Shown in pieces: positions 40,905 to 48,934 of a stretch of 64,000 nucleotides of DNA. Under the pieces are notes generated by a model that was given only the letters and a program-made list of their open reading frames with translations, was not told the origin of the DNA and searched no databases. Position 1 is the first letter of the stretch. The number at the start of each line of letters is the position of its first letter. Origin of the DNA: Chamaesiphon sp. (lineage in GTDB: Bacteria; Cyanobacteriota; Cyanobacteriia; Cyanobacteriales; Chamaesiphonaceae); the NCBI GenBank assembly GCA_965246715.1, contig CBDFFH010000054.1:12341-76340 (forward strand), read 5' to 3'. The position numbers and the translations under genes were made by a program.

Positions 40905-41014
40905 TAACGAGGCTGGCGATGTGCGCGACAATCGGTTAAAAGTAACTATTAACAGGCATTAGTGTCACGATTAATCGATAATTTATAATTCATCATTCGC
41001 AATTCCTAATTTTC

Positions 41015-41218
41015 ATGGTCGAACTACAAGTAAATGGTGAGCCACGTACCTGCGATCTCCATACCACCCTCCCCCAATTATTAGTGCATCTGGGTCTCAA
41101 TCCCAGGCTTCTGGCAGTAGAGTATAATGGGGAAATTTTACACCGTCAGTTTTGGGAACAGACGGAGATAAAAGCTAACGATCGCTTGGAAATCGTCACG
41201 ATCGTTGGGGGTGGATAG
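41015..41218 (+). CDS. thiS: Thiamine biosynthesis sulfur carrier
   Basis: 67 aa, AVEYNGEI, C-terminal IVGGG. Confidence 0.93.
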   Translation: MVELQVNGEPRTCDLHTTLPQLLVHLGLNPRLLAVEYNGEILHRQFWEQTEIKANDRLEIVTIVGGG

Positions 41219-41243
41219 CTGAGTCAATAATTAACTGCGATCT

Positions 41244-41618
41244 ATGAATCCAAACACCGACAAAAACGTTCTCGGTAGCGAGCTTCAGACCTGCTGCACC
41301 GAGCCGATGACCGGATTTTTTCGTACTGGAGTATGTGTAACTGGGCCTCAAGACCTCGGTACCCACGTAATTTGCGCTCGTCTGACTGCTGAATTTTTGA
41401 CTTTTACTAAATCTCAAGGGAACGATCTGAGTACCCCCAATCCCGCTTATAATTTTCCTGGTTTGAATCCTGGCGATTGCTGGTGTCTGTGTGCGAATCG
41501 CTGGCGAGAGGCGTTGCAAGCTGGAGTAGCGCCACCAGTAAATTTAGCCGCAACACACGCTGCGGCACTCGATTTTGTTTCCTTGGCAGATCTTCAACAA
41601 CATGCGATTTCCTCATGA
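41244..41618 (+). CDS. DUF2237 family protein
   Basis: NVLG, PMTGFFRTG, GNDLSTP, FPGLNPGDCWCLCANRW. Confidence 0.9.
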   Translation: MNPNTDKNVLGSELQTCCTEPMTGFFRTGVCVTGPQDLGTHVICARLTAEFLTFTKSQGNDLSTPNPAYNFPGLNPGDCWCLCANRWREALQAGVAPPVNLAATHAAALDFVSLADLQQHAISS

Positions 41619-42055
41619 GCAATGATTTACCGATTGAAGTCGCGATCGCGATTCTCCCTTCTGATGGTAAGTTTTTGATGCAATTGCGCGATAATATCCC
41701 GACGATTTTATACCCAGGTTTATGGGGGTTGTTTGGCGGGCATATCGAAGCGGGTGAGACACCAGAAATAGCCGTCAAACGGGAAATAATGGAGGAGATC
41801 GGTTACGAGCTTATCGCTCCGCAAAAATTCGGCTGTTATAGTGACGATCGCGTTATCAGGCATGTTTTTTATGCACCACTGACTGCTGAAATCGATAAAT
41901 TAGTTTTGGGTGAAGGTTGGGATTTTGGATTGATTACCCCAGCTCAAATTATGACAGGATCTGCCTATTCACCGATTGCGAAAGAGGAACGTCCGATCGG
42001 TGTCGTTCATCAACATATCATGACTGACTTTATAGAATGGTGGGGAAGCACTTAA
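41615..42055 (+). CDS. NUDIX hydrolase
   Basis: LMQLRD, GGHIEAGETPEIAVKREIMEEIG Nudix box; ATGA overlap with upstream stop. Confidence 0.9.
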   Translation: MSNDLPIEVAIAILPSDGKFLMQLRDNIPTILYPGLWGLFGGHIEAGETPEIAVKREIMEEIGYELIAPQKFGCYSDDRVIRHVFYAPLTAEIDKLVLGEGWDFGLITPAQIMTGSAYSPIAKEERPIGVVHQHIMTDFIEWWGST

Positions 42056-42327
42056 ATTTATGAATTATGAATTCCTAGATCGATTAAGATTCGATCTGCG
42101 GCTAGAATATGTCCAGTAAATAATCGAGCACAGTTAAATATCGGATAGCTCGGAGGGTGAATATCGCCACGATCGAGTTTGAAGCTGATTACTCAGCTAT
42201 CGATATTTTTGCCTATCTCCTTAGCCGGATTTCATTAGTTGAGCTAGAGAACTTTTATTTATCTCCGATCGAGAAAGTTCTTTAGTCGTCCACTCCAATA
42301 TACACCCACCCCCCGATTTTTAGAATT

Positions 42328-43314
42328 ATGACAGTACTAAACGCAAGAGAGGCTCACTCGGAAACGATCTACTCGGATATCCCCGCAATCGAAACCGATC
42401 GATTGCGAAAAGTTTATCGCACTGGATTTTGGCTCGACAAGAAAATTGAGTCTTTAAAAGAATGTACATTACAGGTTTATCAAGGTGAAACCTTCGGACT
42501 ATTAGGCTTGAATGGCGCGGGGAAAACTACTCTGCTCAAGACATTATTGGGGATCGTCCGCCCGACCGCTGGTAAAGCGAGATTATTTGGTAGACCATTA
42601 GGCGATCGATCTGTCAAACAACAGCTCGGTTATCTACCAGAAAATCCTTATTTCTATGATTTTCTCACTGGCTGGGAACTCTTAGAATACACCGCTGGTT
42701 TATTTGAAATCCCTCGATCGATCTCCAAACAACGCATTCCAGAATTATTAGATCTCGTCGGATTAGATCGATCGTCTGCGAAAAAAAAGCAACTCCGGCA
42801 GTACTCCAAGGGCATGGTACAACGTGTGGGAATGGCGCAGGCATTGATTAACGATCCGGAACTCGTATTTCTCGACGAACCGATGTCTGGACTCGATCCG
42901 CTCGGTCGAAAACAGATGCGTGATATTATCGTCTCCTTGGGCGATGCGGGGAAAACAGTCTTCTTTAATAGCCACGTTTTAACGGAGGTCGAACAGGTCT
43001 GCAATCGCGTGGGGATCTTAGCTAGAGGCGAACTAATTTGTTGCGGGACATTAGACGAATTACTCACCGATCGCGATCGCTTTTATTATGTCTCTGGACG
43101 CGGTGGAAATTCCGAAATTCTCAGTCGCTGGATTCCCGATCTCGTTTACCATGACGAGCGATGGTCGGGACAAATTAATGGCGACCCTCAAGAATTCATG
43201 GGTACGTTGCGGCTATTAAATGCTGAATTAATTTCCCTCACACAAGGACGCGCATCGCTAGAAGAATTTTTTATGGAACAGATGGAATTACGGGGTATTC
43301 GATCGAGTAGTTAA
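42328..43314 (+). CDS. ABC transporter ATP-binding protein
   Basis: GLNGAGKT, YSKGM signature, LDEP, H-loop NSH. Confidence 0.93.
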   Translation: MTVLNAREAHSETIYSDIPAIETDRLRKVYRTGFWLDKKIESLKECTLQVYQGETFGLLGLNGAGKTTLLKTLLGIVRPTAGKARLFGRPLGDRSVKQQLGYLPENPYFYDFLTGWELLEYTAGLFEIPRSISKQRIPELLDLVGLDRSSAKKKQLRQYSKGMVQRVGMAQALINDPELVFLDEPMSGLDPLGRKQMRDIIVSLGDAGKTVFFNSHVLTEVEQVCNRVGILARGELICCGTLDELLTDRDRFYYVSGRGGNSEILSRWIPDLVYHDERWSGQINGDPQEFMGTLRLLNAELISLTQGRASLEEFFMEQMELRGIRSSS

Positions 43315-43321
43315 GGTATCT

Positions 43322-43346
43322 CCCCGACTGATTGAGGATGTCGGGG
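43322..43346 (+). terminator. Possible terminator hairpin
   Basis: CCCCGAC...GTCGGGG just after the ABC gene stop; weak U tract. Confidence 0.4.
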
Positions 43347-43570
43347 CTATGTCTTCAAAAAGAGTCTAGTTTGGTGACACCGTGATTTCTGCGGTGAAGA
43401 TTCACTTTCCAAAATTAAATTATGGTGCGAAAAGTGTTCGACAGGATCTATTATTTGCCTTAATACTAACTCGATCTCGATCTTATTTATTGGTAAGTAT
43501 CTTCAATCTGCAAAACAGCAATGTCGGCGGTAAAGCACGGTATGGAGAGTTCCAGTCGCTAAATTAATTA

Positions 43571-43697
43571 ACCCAAGTTGCTACTTACTAAAATGCCAAC
43601 GATTGAAATCGTGGCTAGTGATACAAAGTCCGCGTAGGCGGACTTTGTATCACTAGCCACGATTTTAACCGCTTGAGTTGTAGGTAGCAACTTGGGT
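43571..43697. mobile_element. MITE family A, short form with empty module site and a perfect 28-bp hairpin
   Basis: Perfect 14-bp TIRs; flanks TAATTA/TACTTA; arms 43606-43633 and 43638-43665 around a GTAG loop; uninterrupted ACGATTGAAATCGTGG. Confidence 0.9.
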
Positions 43698-44052
43698 TAC
43701 TTAGGCGTGTTTTCGATCCTACCCATCTTCAGGAGAAATACACCACTACAAATAGCCGAAAATAATCGATCGAACTTGGATCTATTTCAGCCTTCTGACC
43801 GATTGAAATCGTAACCCGCCAAATGCCTCAATGCAATCGATCGAATGATGCGGTACTATCGAATGGATCGTGCGTCTCAAGGATTGCGAGCGCGATAGTT
43901 ACTAAAAAACAAGGTTGTTTATCCATCAAAGGGATTAAAAAGCAGCTAATATCTAACAGCCAAATTATGCCTTGCGGGATTTGTCGATAGATTAATATAT
44001 ATTTCATACCTACTATACTTTATTATTAACTTTTAATAGGAGCACAATTTTG

Positions 44053-45390
44053 ATGGGACGGATTTTTGTCTGCGCGATCTACGGTGGCTATGAAAATGCT
44101 GCCGCCGATCCAGAAAAGACCGGTAGCGAGCCGAATGAAGCCAGAGAAATGGTCTCGCTGCGCGATGCGATCGTGCCCGAATTACGGAACCGCAGCTTTG
44201 AAGTTGTAGCTGTACCAGATTCCGACAATCTTAGAGCTAGTATCGACTGGATCGATCGCCGAGCCAAACCAGGCGATATCGCATTGGGCATTCATGCTGA
44301 TGCTTACGCTCACTCGCAGACTAGGGGTGTGAGTACTTTTTATATCGCCAAAAATGGCGAACGCAAAAATCACGCCCAGATGCTGCTACTGGCATTTTCC
44401 AGTCGCGTGCCCGACTTACCCAGCCGAGGAGCCAAGCCAGATACCACCACGGCTACAGGCAGTTTAGCTTTTTGTAGAAGATTGACGATTCCCTCACTAT
44501 TAATGGAAATTGGGTTTAAAGTCGATAGCGACGATCGGTTGAAGATCCAAGCCTATCGCCGCGAAATTGCCCTCGGCATCGCCGATGGCTTAGTCACTTG
44601 GAGTCGCGACGCGCAGGTACAAGCGACCAGCAACAACCATACGGTACCCGTACATCTCAAAGTTAATGACGAACCCTATCCCGAACGTGGGATTGCAATT
44701 AATGGCAATGTTTATATTCCGATCGATCTCGCCGACCGTTTGGGACTCGCACTCGCGCTCAATCCACAGCTTCGCCGCATTCGTTATCGAGGCGTAGTTT
44801 ATATCAAAGCGATCGAATTGCGCGATTTGAACATCTCGATCGTCTCGGAGATCGGACGGACGTATAATATTCGTTCCCAACATGCCTTCACTGCTGATGA
44901 ATTCGATCGGATTATGAGTGGGGGACATACAACTGCTACTCAGCTCGATGAGTTCCTGACTGCAAATAATCTCGATGTCGCCAGCAACTTCCCAAATCTT
45001 GCAGAAATTTATATCGAAGAAGCTAAAGCCGAAGGTGTCAATCCCGACCTCGCTTTTGCCCAAATGTGTCTAGAAACGCGCTTCTTGACCTTTGGTGGTG
45101 CGATCTTGCCTGATTTTAACAATTTTGCTAGTTTAGGAGATCGCCAGACAGAATGGGCGAGTTTTAGCAACCCCCGCATCGGCGTTCGCGCGCATATCCA
45201 ACAGCTCAAGGCTTATGCCAGTAACGATCTGTTAGTCCAAGAATGCGTCGCCCCCCGATTCGAGCTAGTCAAACGCGGTATTGCCCCGACGTTGCGCCAA
45301 CTAACCGGGAGATGGTCGGCAGATGGACTATATGCAATTAAGGTAGCGGCGGTACTCCGCCGGTTGTACGAGACAGCTGGCATCTTTTAG
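44053..45390 (+). CDS. tftA: TftA-like cell-wall protein (amidase_3-like domain plus glucosaminidase-like domain)
   Basis: MGRIF..., EAREM, ALGIHAD, RGAKPD, GSLAFCR; C-terminal EEAKAEGVNPDLAFAQMCLET, NNFASLG, GVRAHIQQLKAYAS, GRWSAD. Confidence 0.75.
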   Translation: MGRIFVCAIYGGYENAAADPEKTGSEPNEAREMVSLRDAIVPELRNRSFEVVAVPDSDNLRASIDWIDRRAKPGDIALGIHADAYAHSQTRGVSTFYIAKNGERKNHAQMLLLAFSSRVPDLPSRGAKPDTTTATGSLAFCRRLTIPSLLMEIGFKVDSDDRLKIQAYRREIALGIADGLVTWSRDAQVQATSNNHTVPVHLKVNDEPYPERGIAINGNVYIPIDLADRLGLALALNPQLRRIRYRGVVYIKAIELRDLNISIVSEIGRTYNIRSQHAFTADEFDRIMSGGHTTATQLDEFLTANNLDVASNFPNLAEIYIEEAKAEGVNPDLAFAQMCLETRFLTFGGAILPDFNNFASLGDRQTEWASFSNPRIGVRAHIQQLKAYASNDLLVQECVAPRFELVKRGIAPTLRQLTGRWSADGLYAIKVAAVLRRLYETAGIF

Positions 45391-45604
45391 CACCCGATGG
45401 CGAGGCATGACAGGCGATTTTGCACGGAGCAAGATCGGCTGCGACTGGTGGAAATCACTACTGCACGCAACAAATTTAACCCTGCTAGAGTCATTCAGTA
45501 TTAGCTAAAATTTAAAGTAGTAGATTGCAAGGCGATTGGTTCGCAACAAAGTAATCTACCGAGCTAGCTGCGATTGCTAACAGAATTGTATAAGTGCGAG
45601 TTGT

Positions 45605-46918
45605 ATGTCAGAACCACGAGAAAACTCACCAACCGAGCGTCAGTCCGAAGTTAAGGCACCCTCAGATACCCCAATCGCTCCGCCAGCGCCACGCATTGGA
45701 TCGAACAAATTGCGACAAGGCAGTAAATATATTTCGCTGCTACTGTTGAGTACGATCGCTAGTTGTTCTTTTGGCTATTTAGCGGCCAAACAACAAACGC
45801 CTAATGCAATCGTTGAATCCCCAGCTGTGGCTTCGCCACAAGTTGCAAGTAGCAGTAGTATTTTAACTGGGGCCAATAGTAACTTTATCAGCCAAGTGGT
45901 CGATCGCGTCGGGCCAGCCGTAGTTAGAATCAATGCCTCAAAAGTTGTCGCTACACGCCAAGTTTCAGGGGATGAATTTGACGATCCATTCTTTAAAAAA
46001 TTCTTTGGTTCGCAAACTCCACAACAAAGCCAGCCGCAAGAGCGAGAAGTTCAACGTGGGACTGGTTCGGGATTTGTGATTAATAAAAATGGGCAAATCA
46101 TGACAAACGCTCATGTTGTCTATGGAGCCACCAAAGTTACGGTTACCCTCAAAGATGGCCGGACTGTAGATGGTAAAGTCAAAGGACTCGATCGCGTTAC
46201 CGATGTAGCGATAATTCAAGTTGCCGAGAAAAATCTCCCTAGCATTCAAATTGGCAATTCCGATGCGATTAAACCAGGCGAATGGGCAATCGCCATCGGC
46301 AATCCATTGGGCTTGAATAATACCGTTACGGCGGGAATTATCAGTGGGACGGGGCGGAGTAGCCGCGACATTGGGGCGACGGATAAACGCGTAAATTATA
46401 TTCAAACCGATGCAGCGATCAATCCGGGCAACTCTGGTGGCCCCTTACTCAATGCTGCCGGGCAAGTCATCGGGATGAATACTGCGATCTTGCGCGGTAC
46501 CCAAGGGCTGGGCTTTGCCATTCCGATTAATACCGCCCAAAGAATCGCCAACGAACTGATTGCCACAGGCAAAGCCGAGCATCCCTTCTTGGGCGTGCAG
46601 ATGATCGATCTTACGCCGCAACTCAAGAAAGAGATCGACAACGATCCTAGTGCTACCTTCAAGCTCGATACCGACAAAGGTAGTCTAATCGCCCGTGTCA
46701 TTCGGAACTCTCCCGCAGCTAAGGCCGGAATTCGCTCTGGTGACGTGATTCAAAGTGTCAACGGTAAAGCCGTCAAAGATGCTAATGAAGTACAGCAAGC
46801 GCTCGAAAATACCAAAGTAGGCGAAAATGTACGCGTCCAAGTGCGGCGAAGTGCCCAAAACATCGATCTCAATGTTACTTCGGTCGCCGCCCCACCACTG
46901 GCAGAGGAATCTGAATAA
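45605..46918 (+). CDS. HtrA/DegP-family serine protease (HhoA/HhoB-like) with PDZ domain
   Basis: GTGSGF, TNAHV, IQTDAAINPGNSGGPL, PFLGV PDZ. Confidence 0.95.
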   Translation: MSEPRENSPTERQSEVKAPSDTPIAPPAPRIGSNKLRQGSKYISLLLLSTIASCSFGYLAAKQQTPNAIVESPAVASPQVASSSSILTGANSNFISQVVDRVGPAVVRINASKVVATRQVSGDEFDDPFFKKFFGSQTPQQSQPQEREVQRGTGSGFVINKNGQIMTNAHVVYGATKVTVTLKDGRTVDGKVKGLDRVTDVAIIQVAEKNLPSIQIGNSDAIKPGEWAIAIGNPLGLNNTVTAGIISGTGRSSRDIGATDKRVNYIQTDAAINPGNSGGPLLNAAGQVIGMNTAILRGTQGLGFAIPINTAQRIANELIATGKAEHPFLGVQMIDLTPQLKKEIDNDPSATFKLDTDKGSLIARVIRNSPAAKAGIRSGDVIQSVNGKAVKDANEVQQALENTKVGENVRVQVRRSAQNIDLNVTSVAAPPLAEESE

Positions 46919-46987
46919 GCAATGTGAATGATGAATCGCCGATCGTCAATTATGCTGCATAATTCAACAGCCACTAGTTACTAAATA

Positions 46988-47428
46988 ATGCCAATTTACT
47001 TTTATAGCGATCGAGAAGTGCCATATGGGTGCTTCTCGAATTTTTCTAGACACGGATTTGTGATGGACAAATTGTGGTGGCATACCTGCGAGCACTACTT
47101 TCAGGCGCAGAAGTTTGTCGGCACGCCATATCTCGAACAAATTCGCTCCACGAATACTCCAAAAACTGCTGCCAATATCGGTAGAAAACGTACTTTACCC
47201 TTGCGGAGCGACTGGGAACGCGTCAAGGATGCAATCATGCTGCGAGCCGTATTGCATAAGTTTCAAACACATTTAGATATTCGTGAAATTTTACTCGCTA
47301 CTGGCGACGAACCGATCGTGGAGAACGCTCCAGGCGATTATTATTGGGGCTGTGGTAAAGATGGTACCGGGCGAAATCAGCTTGGCTTGACTTTAATGCA
47401 AGTGCGCGAGATATTAAGGCAAGCGTAG
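46988..47428 (+). CDS. NADAR (YbiA-like) family protein
   Basis: FSNF, EHYFQAQKF, RSDWERVK, KFQTH, LLATG, YWG, GRNQLGLTLMQVR. Confidence 0.92.
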   Translation: MPIYFYSDREVPYGCFSNFSRHGFVMDKLWWHTCEHYFQAQKFVGTPYLEQIRSTNTPKTAANIGRKRTLPLRSDWERVKDAIMLRAVLHKFQTHLDIREILLATGDEPIVENAPGDYYWGCGKDGTGRNQLGLTLMQVREILRQA

Positions 47429-47473
47429 AGCGATCGAACATTACCGAACCCCATTAACACTATTTGGTAATTA

Positions 47474-47701
47474 ACCCAAGTTGCTACCCATAACCTAAGC
47501 GGTTAGAAACCGCTCCTCGGAGTGCAAAGTCCGGTTGTTGCCGCTCGCGGCAAAAGCCTGCCTTCGCGGACTAGTTTATTAGTCCGCGAAGGCGGACTTT
47601 GCAACATTAGCCACGATTTGCGATTCGCGCTCCTCGGGTTCCCCGAGGGTTTAGCGAATCAAGATACAATCGTAGGCGTTCTATTAGGTAGCAACTTGGG
47701 T
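47474..47701. mobile_element. MITE family A, long form with two nested insertions (27 bp at 47533-47559; 47-bp module M3 at 47620-47666)
   Basis: Perfect TIRs; TAATTA direct repeat on both sides; comparison with 22839-22973 defines both insertions. Confidence 0.9.
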
Positions 47702-47824
47702 TAATTATGGGACTTAACTCGACGAAAATAAATAACGATCGACAAATCGAGCGTTTTATTCATAAATTCAGCATGATTTAGAAACTAACTACCTAGTTAC
47801 TATCCCCTCATCCCTAATCCCTAA

Positions 47825-48289
47825 ATGATAAAATCCTGGCTGGTAATTGGCATCGTGGCAGTATTAGTCGCCGTTGGGCTGGGGCGGTTAAATACACCTG
47901 AAGGGTATCGGTGGTTCAATCGCCAACGTCGTCCACAATGGTTGACCTTCGAGCGGCTGATTCCCGTAATTTGGACGGTGGTGTTTATTTGCGGTGCGTG
48001 GTCGGCTTACCTCGTGTGGGAAGCAGCTCCTGGCAAGAATCAAACTTGGGGCTTGATGGCATTATATCTGCTCTTAGAAGTGGCAATTATGGCTTACACG
48101 CCCTCAATGTTTGTGTTTCGGAGTCTGAGAGCCGGAACGATCGTTGGTGGTGTAGGCTGGGTTATTGGGGCGATTCTGGCGATCTTAGTATTTCCAGTTT
48201 CGAGTACGGCGCTGCTGTTATTAGTTCCTTATTTATTGTGGAGTCCGATCGGTACTTATGTCACCTGGGTCATGGAAGGGTTGAATTAA
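47825..48289 (+). CDS. TspO/MBR family tryptophan-rich sensory protein
   Basis: WFNRQRRPQWLTFERLIPVIW, LLLVPYLLWSPIG. Confidence 0.88.
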   Translation: MIKSWLVIGIVAVLVAVGLGRLNTPEGYRWFNRQRRPQWLTFERLIPVIWTVVFICGAWSAYLVWEAAPGKNQTWGLMALYLLLEVAIMAYTPSMFVFRSLRAGTIVGGVGWVIGAILAILVFPVSSTALLLLVPYLLWSPIGTYVTWVMEGLN

Positions 48290-48375
48290 TTGCTGAATGC
48301 GGATATCCGCCTGGCCTGCTCGATTTCCTCTACAATGACAGACGGAATAATTATCGAGAGCGTAACACAGCTATC

Positions 48376-48864
48376 ATGGGCGAAAATTTAACACAATTAT
48401 TGGAACCGATCGCCAGTCAATTTCGCGCTCTCAATCTACCCGAACCCATCACTCATTGGGGACATCCGTTCTTTATGAGCATCGTGATGTTTGTGATGGG
48501 TGGTTATGGCGTGTATGCTGGCTGGAAAGGTAGGTTATTAACAGCTACCGATGTCGATGCGGCGATTAAGAATAAGGCAGATCACCAGAAAATTATGCCA
48601 GTAATGTTTGCCTTTATGGCGATCGGTGCTACTGGGGGCATACTAGCATTGGTCATCCAAAAGCACGCAGTAATGGCAAGTCCACATTTCTGGACGGCTG
48701 TAGTTGTCTTGACCTTGTTAACGATTAATGGACTGATTTCTGGAACTGGGTTTGGGGGAAATAAGCCCGAACTGCGTAAATTTCACGCTTACTTTGGTAG
48801 CACGATTTTTGGGGCGATGGTCGTTCATGCCCTGCTCGGCTTAAAATTGGGTTTGTCGATTTAG
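48376..48864 (+). CDS. DUF4079 family membrane protein
   Basis: LPEPITHWGHP, SPHFWT, HAYFG, HALLGLKLG; true start ATG 48376. Confidence 0.85.
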   Translation: MGENLTQLLEPIASQFRALNLPEPITHWGHPFFMSIVMFVMGGYGVYAGWKGRLLTATDVDAAIKNKADHQKIMPVMFAFMAIGATGGILALVIQKHAVMASPHFWTAVVVLTLLTINGLISGTGFGGNKPELRKFHAYFGSTIFGAMVVHALLGLKLGLSI

Positions 48865-48890
48865 CAGTCCACAGATCGATCTAGAAAATA

Positions 48891-48923
48891 AAGACCCCCG
48901 ACTGTTGATAAGTCGGGGGTTTT
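48891..48923. terminator. Bidirectional intrinsic terminator
   Basis: ACCCCCGACT/AGTCGGGGGT stem with A-rich and T-rich flanks, between convergent genes. Confidence 0.75.
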
Positions 48924-48934
48924 GCATAAAAACA

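Noticed and set aside
41477..41614. Upstream extension of the NUDIX ORF
   Set aside because: Overlaps DUF2237 out of frame; the ATGA overlap at 41615 marks the real start.
47911..48375. Apparent 317-aa ORF overlapping tspO
   Set aside because: The 5' half is an alternative frame of tspO; DUF4079 similarity begins at ATG 48376.
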